From Diploschistes diacapsis (Eukaryota): a stretch of DNA of 20,000 nucleotides. Under the pieces are notes generated by a model. It searched no databases. It had not been told where the DNA came from and saw nothing but the letters and a program-made list of their open reading frames with translations. Positions 1 to 12,505 of the stretch are shown one piece after another. Where the stretch lies: assembly GCA_023645945.1 (NCBI GenBank), contig JALAIB010000001.1, forward strand, positions 59,432-79,431, read 5' to 3'. The stretch's first letter is position 1; each line of letters opens with the position of its first letter. The position numbers and the translations under genes were made by a program.

Positions 1-627
1 GCTATACCATTTAGCTTCATGCTGGGAGCAATTGTTCCTGCTATCATTGGCATGCTTCCGACTTGGATTCATCCATCTTCCAGGTCACCTAGGATGCATC
101 AGAATGTACTTGCGATGTGGCAAGCAGATCCGCTTTACGTTTCGATGATTCAACAGCTTTTTGCGGTGATGATGCACAAGTACGCTACAATAAATGCAAG
201 GACATCATATGTCTGGACTCAGGGATCTCTCCTACTCGCAGCAGCTTCGTCAACAATTGGGCATCTTTATGCAAAATTTTATATCCTAAAATCTGCTCAT
301 AGGACCGATCGCTTTGTACGAATGTACGTACCGTGGAGCTGGAATGGCAGTATGACCACACCAGATATTTTGGTCCACGGTCCTTGGTTGTTTCTGCAGT
401 TTGACCTAATCATCATTAATCTATCAAGTTTGTCATGGGCCTACCTCCTCTGCAAGCTTCATTGTTCTGTCGTCTCCACCCAACTCGTATTATTTTTCTC
501 CATTCTTTTGGGGACGCTGGTAGTTGGACCAGGCGCCACAGTGTCCTTAGCTTTATGCTGGAGGGAAGCGCAGCTGAACGAACTCCGAGCTTCAAAAACG
601 ACATCGGGCAAATACCATAACCAATGA
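1..627 (+). CDS. C-terminal part of a multi-pass membrane protein, CtvD/AurD-like (putative epoxide hydrolase/cyclase family); 5' end outside window
   Basis: Frame is open from base 1 (AIPFSFMLGAIVPAIIGMLP...) to TGA at 625-627. Hydrophobic helices and motifs (P..LG..P...MLP, W..P, FLQFD, VGPGA...W.E) are colinear with the gene at 10608-11894. Confidence 0.75.
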   Translation, partial: AIPFSFMLGAIVPAIIGMLPTWIHPSSRSPRMHQNVLAMWQADPLYVSMIQQLFAVMMHKYATINARTSYVWTQGSLLLAAASSTIGHLYAKFYILKSAHRTDRFVRMYVPWSWNGSMTTPDILVHGPWLFLQFDLIIINLSSLSWAYLLCKLHCSVVSTQLVLFFSILLGTLVVGPGATVSLALCWREAQLNELRASKTTSGKYHNQ

Positions 628-1515
628 TTTTCTAGCGAGAAGTTCAAGTGCTGTTCAGCAAATCAGATATAGGCTTTGTTGCAATGTTTTGGGACCCATG
701 GCGACGGCTATGATCTAAGCTCAATGTCTACTTGAGCGTCTGGCGATTCTGACGGCCGGAGTCTTTCTACATTGCTATTATCTAGCGCGAAACTCTCTGG
801 TCCCTGACAAGACAAGCGCGAATAGGGAACTCTGATTGGGCGCGACTTTTGTGACCTTGGTGTTTTCTCCTTGCGATCAGGTTATAAATTGATTATCCAA
901 CGGGTGAATTTAATTCTTCAGGATGGCGTGGAAAGGGCACGGCCTGGTACCTTCCGGTCCCCGATAGGTTGCCGTTTAGCGTTATGTATCCAATGCTGGA
1001 TGATACTTGATAATGTTGTGTTTTCCATCTCTGTTTCAAAGCTCAGTAATAAGCAGTTTTACGCTAATGCTTTGCTTCATCATAAAAAGTGCTGGCAAAA
1101 CCTTCGGCGGGCTTTGCCGAATAAAGGCTTGACCGGGCAGCATTGCAGCAGAACCAATCTATCTTTACTCCGTTTGAACTCTGCCGGCAGTCATTGTACC
1201 GTGCCGACTGATCTAAGAGAACGGAGTTTGTGGACCGAGCATGGGTCAGTCTAGAAAGCTGTGCACTTCGGTAGATTGAGCAACTATAGTTATCTGCGTG
1301 CACATGTAGCATGAGATGAGCCGGTATGGGGCGCCTCTTGCACGAAACTGACACGAGTTTAGCACCTAAGGAATTAGCTTCTTACACCATGAGGATCGAG
1401 TTTGATCTCGGCATGCTATTTGTCTTTGTCTAGCGCTGTGACTTCAATTAGAGACTGGCACATACCAGAGCTTCCTTTCTCTAGAGTACTCAACACTTAT
1501 CCTTCAGCTGTAAAG

Positions 1516-3430
1516 ATGAGCGGAAATAGCGAGAGGTACGATGTGACCATCATAGGGGCTGGTAAGTTCGTTATAGCAGAAAAATGCTTCTCCGCGGGTT
1601 TTCCATAATTAGAAGCTAGGCTGACTTGTATAGGATGGTATGGGCTAGTGGCTGCTAGAACCTATCTCAAGCTTCGTCCCGCTGTGAATCTTGTCGTCCT
1701 CGATTCCGATTCTACTGTAGGAGGAGTATGGAGCAAGAAACGTCTGTATCCAAACCTGATAGCCCAAGTCAAATTAGGGCTATTTAACTATACAGACATG
1801 GCAATGCCAGGAACCTCTCAGGACAATGAAGTCACTGGCGCCATGATACATGAGTATCTCAAGCGTTATGCGGAGGACCATGATATCATTAGACGTATCA
1901 GATTCAACACGTTTGTTGAGAGAGCGGCAAAGACCGACCAAGGCTGGAGACTGAGCCTTCGCGATCTTCAAAGTACGGTGTCTTTCATAGACACAGCAAA
2001 GTTGATGGTCTGCACCGGGGTCACCTCTATACCATCAATGCCGACGGTGAAGACACTTGAATCTTCGATTCCAATCATTCACTCTCGGGACCTTGGCGTC
2101 AAATTTCATGACCTCGGCCAAGACAAGGTACAAACAGTGGTTGTCGTTGGCGCTGCAAAATCTGCTTATGATGCTGTCTACTTGATATTGTCCATGGGCA
2201 AGCGAGTCATTTGGCTTATTCGACCAACAGGGGCCGGGCCCCTGGCCATCTTGCCCTCAAAACTGCTCGGCTTGAGTAGTATCGCTGTTGCATCTACTCG
2301 GCTAATGACATACCTTAGTCCTTCAATCTTGAATACCGAGGGTCTGCTTTATCGCTTTTTCCAAAGAACAGTAATCGGTCGCTGGTGTACAGGCAAGATT
2401 TGGGATGTTATAGCATATCTGAGCGACCTCCATGCTGGGTACTCGAAAGATGATCATGTTCGCCAGTTAAGGCCCGAAGTCGACCGTCAGAGGTTGGAAC
2501 ACTCTACGCTACCACTCAGTGTGAATGCTAATCGAGACAGCATCTTCTGGGCTAACTCTGGTCTTGGAGTGGTGACGCTTCCCGATTTTTGGTCGAAAAT
2601 TCATGCAGGCGATGTTCAAGTCATACGCGACTCGATCGAGCTAATAAAGCATGATTCCATCATCCTGGAATCCAGTGCTACATTCGCGGCTGATTACATT
2701 GTAATGTGTACAGGTTGGGGCGATCACTTTAGCATGTTTGATGCCGAAACCAAGGCCGAGTTAGGCATTCCCACTCTTGGAGAAAGGCATTCAAAAGACG
2801 AGCCGACTGTCGACGTGGAATGGGAGAAATATGACCTTGAAGCAGATCAGACCGTTAATGAGAAGCTCCCTTTCCTCGCCTCTCCGCCGCAGTGGACCGG
2901 TTGGCAAACGAATCACGATCAGGCGCGGAAGCGCTGGCGACTCTATCGGCGCACCATACCTCTTTCGCTAGCAGAAAAGGGGGACCGTTCCCTTGCAATC
3001 ATGGGCCAAATCCATACTATACAGACGCCTTTAGTCTCAGAAGTCCAATCCTTCTGGAGCATTCTTTACTTGCTGGGAGAACTCGATGTCCCCGACTCTG
3101 ACACCATGGCACAAGAAATTGCCGAATGGAATGCTTGGACACGAAAGCGCTACCTAAGCCAGGGACAAAAGTTTCCATACTCGCTCTACGATTTCTTGCC
3201 AGTAAGCATGCCCTAACCTCTGTAGTTCTCTCAAACCTAAGCTTCTGATGGTGAAAACAGAGCTGACTGGACGTTGCCAGTATGTGGAGACCTTGTGCAA
3301 AGATCTCGGCATTAATTCGCGGCGAAAGCGTAACATGATCACCGAGCTTTTCCAGCCATACAAGCCAGCCGATTTTGAGGGTTTCATCGATGAGTATCTA
3401 GCGCGAGACACGTCGGACCAAATGAAGTAG
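1516..3430 (+). CDS. Class B flavin-containing monooxygenase (FMO/BVMO-like); exons 1516-1561, 1634-2492, 2541-3201, 3281-3430
   Basis: Splicing GT-AG intron 1562-1633 restores the FAD motif IIGAGWYGL. Also present: GGVW, CTG, an HSRD fingerprint-like segment, second Rossmann VVVGAAKSAYD and MCTGW. Introns 2493-2540 and 3202-3280 have CTAAT/CTGAC branch sites. Confidence 0.92.
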
Positions 3431-3895
3431 GTGCTTCCAGTTTGAGCCTCAAACTTCCGTGGTCGAGCAGCGAGGAATGAAAATGCCCAATTAGACAGCG
3501 GCAGATGCTTCTTTTGAAAACAATGATTCAAAGAGGCGTGTCGGTGAGGATGGCAATGAATCGTGAATGTGGTCGTATGCAGTGTCCCCAATAGGCAGGC
3601 TGCGTGGGCGACCTGAAACTTATCCTGTATCTTGAGATACCACTGAGGGGCAGTAGTGGCATTTCATGATCCTTTGTGCAGTTAATGCTTGGCTCGCAGC
3701 CAGAATGGACCTCTGATCAAGCATTGTAAGGATGATTAAAGTTCGGCATCTGGGCCGGGGCTGCAGTGACTTTCTCTTGCTGAGTTTGAAACTATTTCTT
3801 CTCCGTGCGATCAGAGCGTATTAGCCAGGCCCTCTAAACTTTATACGGATTTCTGCTGCACCGAGACGTTGCTGAGTCTTTTTCCTTTCGGCACC

Positions 3896-5133
3896 ATGTA
3901 CAATGGCTCGAGAACGAAGAATCCCGGCGGAGCTCACTCTGCAAACGGGAACCAGTCTGGCACGCCCTTCAAACGCCCTACCACTGCTACCAGCGACAGC
4001 GGTGGCGGTGGAGGCAACGAGAACAGCAGTGGCCCCCGACATATAGCGTGTAGGACATGCCGGGACCGAAAAGTGCGCTGCGATGGTGGACAGCCAGCCT
4101 GCGAGAAATGCCGCCGAGCTGGTGAGACATGTGTCTATACTCTACGATCTCGAAAGACAAAGACAGATCTTCAGGAAAGCATAGAGATGCTTCAAGAACG
4201 ACTCGGTAAGTTCGTCTCTCATTATCCATCTTTCTATTGTCCTTGCCCGCTAACCCTTGGACAACGCGGGCAGAATCTGCCCTCGTAACGCGCAACACAG
4301 ACACCCAGAGTGGAAACTTTTGGCCTGCAACATCTTACTACTCTCTCGCTGATTCCATGCCTCCCAAGTCGGACCATCTTCAACGGCCATCCTCACCACC
4401 AGAACTGATGTCGGACTCTCAACTCGTGGGAAGTTCGCGGCTAGATCTTCCCAACTCAACCATGATCCCGTACGATTCTATGCCATTTGCTACGAATGCC
4501 TCAATTGACTCCAATCTCAATTATACGATACCTTCGGATGGTCCCGGGTTCGCGGGGATGGTGACCACCGCAAATGTCATGGATACTTCCTGTCCTCATG
4601 AGCAGCTCGCGTCTCCGTTTATCAAGGACAGGAGTCTTTGGCCAAGCGTGGAACAAAGAACTGATCGAGGCGCCACGGCGAAACCCCGGATACCCAGTCG
4701 ACAGGACGTGCAGAAATGGAATGCTGCGCAGCAAGACCAGCAGCAACCGCCGAGCACCATATTACCCACCCAAACACCTCAAACAGACACTTTTGCGCGC
4801 TTGTCTAGCCTCGCGTGTAGTATTGGGGCGATCAACGCCCATATTGCAGGTATTGCGCAGACACTTGCGGATTACTTGGCTTGGATCCGCAAAAAACCTG
4901 ACGAATGCAATGACGAAATTCTCAAGATATTTGAGGCGCGCGCTCAAGAAATTTCGGAGCTTGCGACTTCGCAGACGACCACAGCCCCATTTTCAGATAC
5001 GGCTGGGCTTGGGAGTCAGATCAGTCTCATCAAAGCCGAGATTGCAAGAATCAACCAAAGGAAAGCCGATTTTTTTCAGTCAGATTATAAAATTCAACGG
5101 AGCCTTGCTGAACAGTGCGAGCATCTGGAATAG
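3896..5133 (+). CDS. Zn(II)2Cys6 binuclear cluster transcription factor; exons 3896-4205, 4274-5133
   Basis: CRTCRDRKVRCDGGQPACEKCRRAGETC is a canonical Cys6 motif, followed by a coiled-coil-like linker. Intron 4206-4273 (GTAAGT...GCTAAC...CAG) joins the two ORFs in frame (ERL/ESAL). Confidence 0.9.
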
Positions 5134-6047
5134 AGTCGAAAACCGCGTGATTTAAAGGCATAGCTCTCTATACGTAATTTTGAAACCACAAATTCTAAAT
5201 GATGCTACTAAATCAATTGCTCGAGAGAGCAAATGGTCTTCCCTATCTGTGTCTCTGCTACAACCGTTCTGCTCGGGGTAATTATGGTAAGTCTTCATTT
5301 AGCGTTTCTTCCGGATGTTTTCTCAGGGCGATCATGTTAGGGGCCCTAGAATATCCATAGCCTATGAATAACTCTGGCACCGTTGGCCCCATTAGCCTCC
5401 TCGTCGGCACTTTTCTAGAGATCGTCAGCCCCGCGGAACTGGCATTGCCGGCCTTATCGTCTCGTTTTAACACGCAACGATTGACTGAAATCCGGAAGAA
5501 CGCCCCGGGATCGATGACCAGTGAGTGGTATTGATTTGGTAGCATTCGCAAGGCCTTTGGCCACGTCACTCCCCAAACCCACTCTAGCGGCACGGGACGC
5601 TGTAATCATGCAAGATTCTCAGCCTGACCGTGTTCAGCCTTGCTGACGGTTGACTAGACCCACGAGACGACGATCACTCTTCAAGTTGAGCCGCATGTAT
5701 CTCAAGACGTTGTCAAAGTACCGAGCTTCGGACCGGCGTCCGGCGTGGACGTTTCTACGAAGCGGGCTGGGGAATCGAGATCCGTGTTCGCTATGTTCAA
5801 CACTGGACAAGCCGAGATTGGCGGAGAATTCCCATTCTAGTTACTTAAATGCACGCGCGAATTGGACCGAACTGCGATGGCGGCATCTGGTCGAATATTG
5901 CCAGTAGATAAGAAATGCTACAGCTTGACGAGGGCTGGCTTGGCTCTAAATGCAGGAAAAAGGCTGATAGCTCAAGCGAGGTGGCCCAAACACGTTGCAT
6001 GTGTACTGTTGAGAATAACGTTCGCCACAATTACCGCCCCTCGTGCC

Positions 6048-6952
6048 ATGTCCTCACTAAGAGGTAAAGTCGTCGTCAGTAGGTGGCCCCATCCCTCTCT
6101 TCCAATCGTACCTATGCTATCGCATCTAAAGTTCCTATGCTTACCACAGGTCCAGTAACCGGCGCAGCCTCCGGCATCGGCCTTGCCCTATCCCACCTCC
6201 TGGCCTCTCACGGCGCCCTCCTCTCTTTGGCCGACATCAACGAAGCGCCCCTACAAGCCCTCACCACCGAGCTCCTCCGCAAGTACCCCTCCACCTCTGC
6301 TCTCCCCTCCAAAGCCCCAACCCCGATCCTCGCCACCGTCGTCGACGTCTGCTCTCCCTCCTCCGTCAGCGCCTGGATCTCCGCCACAACCGCGCACTTT
6401 GCACAGCCGCTCGCTGGCGCCGCCAACATGGCCGGCATAATCGGCAGCAGCGTCGCGCAGGACCGGGGCTCGCTGCGACACGTGGGCGACGGCGAATTCG
6501 CGCGCGTGCTGGCCGTCAACTGCGGCGGGACCTTCCACTGCCTGCGGGCGCAGCTACCGGCCATGGTGCGGGGTAGCGGCGGCCGCAATGGCGGCAGCAT
6601 CGTCAACGCCAGCAGCATGGCGGGCCTGGTGGGCGTGCCCAACAACGGGCCCTACGTCGCGGCCAAGCACGCCGTCGTGGGGCTGACGCGCACGGCGGCC
6701 AAGGAAGAGGGCGCGGCGGGGTCGGCGGTCAGAGTGAATGCTGTGGCGCCGGGCTTGATCCAGACGCCGATGATGGGGATGATCGAAGAGGCGGCGGGGA
6801 CGAAGGAGCTTTTTGGGCCGCAGGAACCAGGGGCGCTGGGGAGGAGGGGGGACCCGGAGGAGGTGGCTAGTTTGGTGGCGTTTTTGTTGGGGGAGGAGAG
6901 CTCTTTTGTGAATGGGCAGGTTATTGCTGTTGATGGGGCCATCTTATGTTAG
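6048..6952 (+). CDS. Classical short-chain dehydrogenase/reductase; exons 6048-6078, 6156-6952
   Basis: Splicing 6079-6155 gives MSSLRGKVVVITGAASGIG. NMAG, IVNASS, catalytic YVAAK, RVNAVAPG and VNGQVIAVDG motifs are present. Confidence 0.92.
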
Positions 6953-7385
6953 GATGAATGGCTATAATCTGTTTATTTTGTTAGTTGATGAGCAAAATAA
7001 TGAGAGCAGCTGGTAGCAACATGTGCTGTGTGTCTGTGCAGAGAAGTACAACTAGTAGAATAGCCCCTAGCGCGGCAAGAAATCACGGTTCGTGGTGATG
7101 GATTCACTACTAGCATTTATATAAACGTACAATTGGCCAAGATATATTAGCCATAGTTACGTAGTTCCAAATGCAAAGTATGTTTACTAACAAGGTTTGG
7201 GGCATACTGAGCTTTGCTTTAACAAATACAAGGACCGTATTAATCCAGGGGGAGAGACTCTGTGGTGCCAGTGGATGAGCGGCCAGGCACCAAAGTCGTA
7301 TTCCCCACGAGCTTAAAAATCGACCCCCCTACGGTGCCTCAGAAGAATGCCCATTTCAGTCATTTGCAGGAGAAAAATCTCTCTC

Positions 7386-9518
7386 TTATTTCCCCGTCAA
7401 TATCATATCCGCAATCTTCTCAGCAAACATGTAAACTGTACTCTGCGGCTGGCCCGGCGGCAAGATGGGAAACGCGCTGGCGTCGACGACGCGGAAGTTG
7501 GACACGCCTCGCACGCGCGCATGGCTGTCGACCACGGCCATTGTGTCGTTGGCGCGGCCCATTTTACCTAAAACAGTAGTTAAGAAAAAAAATATCAGCC
7601 TCGGCGGGACTGATTGAGAGAGGAGCGGGGATCGTGGGCAAGAAGTGAAGAAGGGTTCACGCCGAAAGAAAAGCACTTACAGGTCGAGGAAGCGTGGTAG
7701 ATCAAGTCCATGTTATTGCGCAGCCAGTCGAGAATCTCGTCGTACGAGCTCACGTTCGCGCCGGGCACGTATTCGCTCTCCACGATGCCGCTTGCGGCTG
7801 CGATCTCGCGGATGCGGCGCAGGGCTGCGACGGCTTGCTCGGCGTCCCCTTCGTCGAGGAGCCAGTTGGGCGAGATGAGGGGCGGATCCAAAGTGTCGGC
7901 GCTGGTTATTGTCATGTTGCCGCGCGAAGAGGTCGATAGCAGGGCAGAGCCGAGAAGAAGGTAATTGTCGGTAGATGAGACATTTGCGGGGATTGTGGCA
8001 TATGCCAGGGGGAGATATTCGGCTTCGGGCCAGTCGGAGGGAAAGGTATCGAGGAAAGCAAGGGTTGAGTTGGAGAAACTGCGGCGGAGGTGTGCGGGAT
8101 ATTTCTCAAATGCTGGAAGGAATTTGATTATTAGATCGCCAAAAAAACAAGGCAGAGGTAGAAATACCGGTAGCTTCGCCCCCGCCAATGGTTGAGAGAG
8201 GCCCGGACTGGTTATGGATATACTGAAACACGGCTTCATCGTTATAGGCGATATTTCCTGCCTCGATCTGCGTGCCAGTGGTGATATTGACTTTATACGA
8301 GAGGGCCATCCAGGGTTGGTCCTATCTACATTAGTGTTCTTGATAGCGTCGAATTATTTGGCCAAATTACTTACCCACTCATTCTGTCCAACCCCAGGTA
8401 GATCTGAAATCACGTCAATGTCGTATTGCTCCAAAGTACCTGCGGGCCCAACACCAGAGACCATAAGTATTTGAGGTGAGTGCCACTTGTTAATCTTAGC
8501 TGCTCTTCTTACATAAGGTCCTTTAGTTACTCACGGCGCCCGCAGATAATATAACTTCTTTATTGGCAGATAGCTGCCATGTGAAGTTGTGTAACGAATC
8601 AGCCTGCACTTCCACCCCTGTTGCTACCTTGTTCGTGTCGAAAGAGATTCGTTTAGCGAGAGTGTTGGGATATATCTTGATGCTCGAGTTCAAAGCAGCA
8701 CTCTGCAGAAACGAAGTCTCCGAAGAACTTCTAGTTGCTGTCCGAGGATCAACTGATACGGTGGCCGCCGTGTAGCCAATCAATGTACCACTGTTTATTC
8801 CTGCCAAGTGTGTGAACCCTAAGCTTTCAAGGCCCTGTGAGAGCGGTCCTCCATATGCGTACTGGAAATTTCCGTAGGACACTTGAAGTGGTCCGGCATT
8901 CGCGATGAACGCGCTAGGATCGTAAGATATGTTGAAGCTTGGGGTTATCTTCTCGTAGTTTGGCGGCGTGAAATTGCAACTTGCTTTGTAGAATGGATAG
9001 ACATTGTCCCATGTCCAGACGGAGTCACCCACCAGATCCGCCCAGTGGCCAAATGAACCTACTGTCGGCCGGAAATATCCCATATAATTGGCAGCCGACC
9101 CACCCCCAAAAGTTTGTCCAGCGACATAATCGATACGGCGGCCATTGTAGCCCGCTTGGGGAAGCGTAGTGAGGCCATCCCATTCGGTCATAGAAACTGG
9201 ATGTGAATCACTGGACAAGGCAGATTGATAGCTGTAGCCAGGTACTTGGGTACGGTTGCCATTCAAAATTTCGTAAAAGGATCCAGCTTCAATAACGGCG
9301 ATGGTGTAATTGGCCGGGTCCTCCGCCAAACGAGCTGCAATGGTGTTTCCCGCTGTTCCGCCTCCAATAACCACGTAATCGTATGTCAAGTTTAACCCTG
9401 GTACACCGAAGGAGTTACCATAGATATCGGTAATCCCGCCGTTGAGCGGAGCAAGGACATCGGAGAAAGCCTTGCGAAGCGAAACCAAACCAAAAGCAAA
9501 ACAAAGTCTGCAAAACAT
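7386..9518 (-). CDS. Secreted GMC oxidoreductase (PatE/versicolorin B synthase-like subfamily); exons 9518-8535, 8485-8375, 8321-8168, 8112-7681, 7567-7386
   Basis: Hydrophobic N-terminus, then [72 protein letters not shown] and PQSTVY. Four GT-AG introns keep the frame. Confidence 0.92.
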
Positions 9519-10381
9519 ACTGAGAGTACCGGGAAAGCACAGCGGCCGTACTACAATTTCTCAGCGCGAAAAAACATAGCAAATACGCCGACATATGCTG
9601 GACTAAGTACTCCAACCCATTCGCCCTCCGAAACATCATCTTCCAGCTTTCCGGGCACTGTGAGGAAGGCATTTTGCTTTGCCACAAGGCACGGATGGAA
9701 CATCATCATCAAAAATTTTCCAATGGCGGCTGAAGAGTTACTGGATCTCTCGGGTAAGCTCTTAAAGTGGGACTCTAATTCCGTTCTAGTTCGTTCAAGT
9801 TTCGCCTTAGCTAGAAGCACGAGCAGACAAACAGACACTTTTGATAGCGGAATCCAGACAGCTTTGTTTCAAAAGAAACAGCAAAGAGCCCAAGAACATG
9901 CTACCTTCATGAGCTCATCCATGAGCCATCTTACACGGCAAATAAGATACATGCGACAAAACAAAGAAATGGTAAGCCGCGATGTGACCTCAGGTATACT
10001 TCCTCTGTAGGATGGAGCGACCAGAGGCTAGGGTCCCTTCCGGGTATCAAAAGGTCTACCAGGTAGAGCGTGCAGAAAGCTGAGGCAAAGAGGCTGAGCT
10101 CTATTCTTGATCACCGATATAACGGGACACAGTATCATGGGAATGAATATTCAAGAGCGAGAATTAAAGCGGGTTGGGGGTTGCCTCACTCAGGTAGTTA
10201 ACGTTGTATCCAGAATCAGTACAGATCAGTACGTCTCCCCGTCGAGCCGTCTCGGCCGAATCGGTCAGTTCGGGCCGAACATAGCGAGCAGGATGACCTC
10301 GCAGTATCTGTATCTTCAGCAAGTACGTACTTACAAGAGTAAGTTTCAATGGAGGCACTAAGATAAAGACAACGAGATGGC

Positions 10382-10390
10382 TCGGACCGA
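10382..10390. promoter_or_regulatory. Candidate Zn2Cys6 binding site TCGG-A-CCGA in the divergent GMC / membrane-protein promoter
   Basis: Inverted CGG triplets spaced by 1 nt. Related YGGRCCGA sites occur at 1231, 5863, 10271 and 15506. Confidence 0.35.
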
Positions 10391-10607
10391 GTATTCCAAA
10401 CAGAACGGAAGCCTTTGAAGTCTGCAACTTTGACAAGCATCATACCGCTAACCTCCAACGGTTGAACAGGTAGCTGCTTCCTTTTCGAATGAGCCTCAAA
10501 ACACCCAGCAATTTGAAATTGATAATGGCGCCTGGATACCTGCCTATGGATTCATATGATACACCGTTCTCGTATCGCGAAGATCTCGTTCAGCTCTTAG
10601 ATTTCTT

Positions 10608-11894
10608 ATGGCAGAAATAACAGTTAGCAGAGCACGATGGATTCTATATATCTTTGCTTTCCTCGGACTGTCCAATACCTGGGGTCGCGCCGCCATAGAT
10701 GGTACTCTTACCCTTTTGTTCAGAGCCTTGCACAGCTCAGAGCCATGTAACCTACCAGGAACGAATAGTCTCCCAAGAACAACCATTAGGGGCATTCGCT
10801 GGCCCCTCGACTACCTTCTCAATGTCTTGGTCCTTTTCTTTTGGCAAGCGGTCAATGGCTCCCATCCGACCACCTCGGTCATTGGCATATACTTTCTCGG
10901 CCAATACTTTGGTGTGCTCACGAGCTTCTACGTCAACAGCTGGCGCTTAGCGAATTCTCGACGATGGAGTATAGCGTACGTGGGTTTAACTCCTATGCTT
11001 GTCGATGGGCGCTGATGCTCTCCTAAAAGTCCTTTGCCCTGGCTGCTAGTTTTCCAGCTGATGGGGGCTGCCGTTGCTGGCCCTTGGTACGCCCTCGTGT
11101 ATCTTACCAGCTCGCCTATTTTCTCGAAGCAAGAGATCCGACAGAAGTCTTCCGGCTTTCTGGTCTCTCCAATTTCGACTTTGTTCCTGCCAATTTCACT
11201 GTTCGCAGGCTATGTTCTACCGGCAGTACTTATGGCTTTACCATCGCCGTCAGTCGTAACAAATGACTTTCAGCAAATGGCTGTTGTTGCATGGAATCTC
11301 TTTCCCATGATTTTGACCATCGTGCAAGCCATTTTGAGCACGTCGGGTGCAATGCTGGGTTTTGTTCGAGGAGCATCTCATCCTTCTCCAGAACAACACA
11401 TTAGAGGAACACGGATGGCTTATGTGTGCAGTCTGATTGTTACCTTGTGGACACATATTGCTATCATTTCTCTCAGTGTAACGACAGCCTTATTTCCGTT
11501 CTTGTTTCGTAGCGAATACGTTCTGGCGCTTAGCCCAAAGTCGCTCGCGCTCCCATCGATATCAGCGGCTCCCGTTGCGAGTCTAGGGGAAGGAGTACGA
11601 ACTTTCTTTCTATGGGATCAAGTCTTCACCTACTCAACAATGCTTCTTCTGCTCTATGTGCAATTTGTACAAGTCAAACCTCTGGTTATAGAAAAGCTCG
11701 GATCTACTAGGCTCTTCGTGTTTCTGATAGGGTCTGTTGTGTTGTTAGGGCCAGGCAGTACTTGTGTAATGCTGAGCTGGGCCGTGGATGAGACGTGGTT
11801 TTTGCAAAGTCTGGCACCAACATTGCAGGCGGTAAAGTCAGATCGTGAGCAGAAGAAAGACTCCAGTTTGTGTACGCAGACCCGGAAATTCTAG
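10608..11894 (+). CDS. CtvD/AurD-like integral membrane protein (~410 aa); exons 10608-10975, 11030-11894
   Basis: Intron 10976-11029 (GTACGT...GCTGAT...AAG) joins the two ORFs. Motifs LPGT...GI..LD..L..LV.FFW..V.G.HP, SWR..N, LPISLFAGYVLPA, FFLWDQ and LLGPG match my recollection of the citreoviridin CtvD/aurovertin AurD family. Confidence 0.75.
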
Positions 11895-12505
11895 GCGGCC
11901 CGACTACTACAGCTTACCTATTCATATACTATGAAACTGGAATCGACCTTGAATTTGCGATCTTAGCATATTAGCTCAATGCTTCCATACATGTTGCTAT
12001 ATAGCCAGATAATCTCACCAATTTTCTGTTGCACGTCGGCTCAGTCGACTGAAGGTTATATATCGCCGTTCACCAGAAGCTAGTACTTCGGACATTCCAG
12101 AACGTAAATGCTGCTCTATTCCAGACACACGGACTGCGCGTCGACTTAGCGCAGAACGTGAATACCGTCGGTAAAGAAGTGGAATGAAGGCTCGGTCATC
12201 CAAGCCGCGAGACGCCGTGACTACGATGTCCGAAAGCTTCGGTAGTCCCTCCGACGCCGATGCATGCTTGAACTCCAGTCGCTGAGTATTCAGTGAGAAG
12301 AGGCATGTCCTCTTGTGTATCTACGCAGCGTTTATAAAAGTGGTGCGACCAGGAGTCGCGTGTTAATTGGGGCGCCGATTTTCAAGATCTTGTATCAATT
12401 AGAGTTCAAATCCTGCTCGCGGATCTATGCGATTTTTCTAGAATAAGCCTGTTTTCGTCCTGCCTAGAAACCCAACATTTGAATTCCTCCTACGCTTGTG
12501 TAACA

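Noticed and set aside
871..1354. ORFs 871-1254 (+) and 1064-1354 (-)
   Set aside because: Non-ATG starts, no recognisable motifs, and they lie in the FMO promoter region.
5282..6030. Small ORFs between the TF and the SDR
   Set aside because: The frames I translated gave no recognisable domain; probably intergenic/promoter DNA.
6183..6942. Overlapping and antisense ORFs over the SDR (similarly 7645-8195 over the GMC and 4574-5155 over the TF)
   Set aside because: Shadow ORFs expected from high GC and codon bias in real genes.
9415..10458. ORFs in the divergent GMC / membrane-protein intergenic region, including an alternative GMC start at 9594
   Set aside because: No motifs. The ATG at 9518 already gives an in-frame signal-peptide-like N-terminus.
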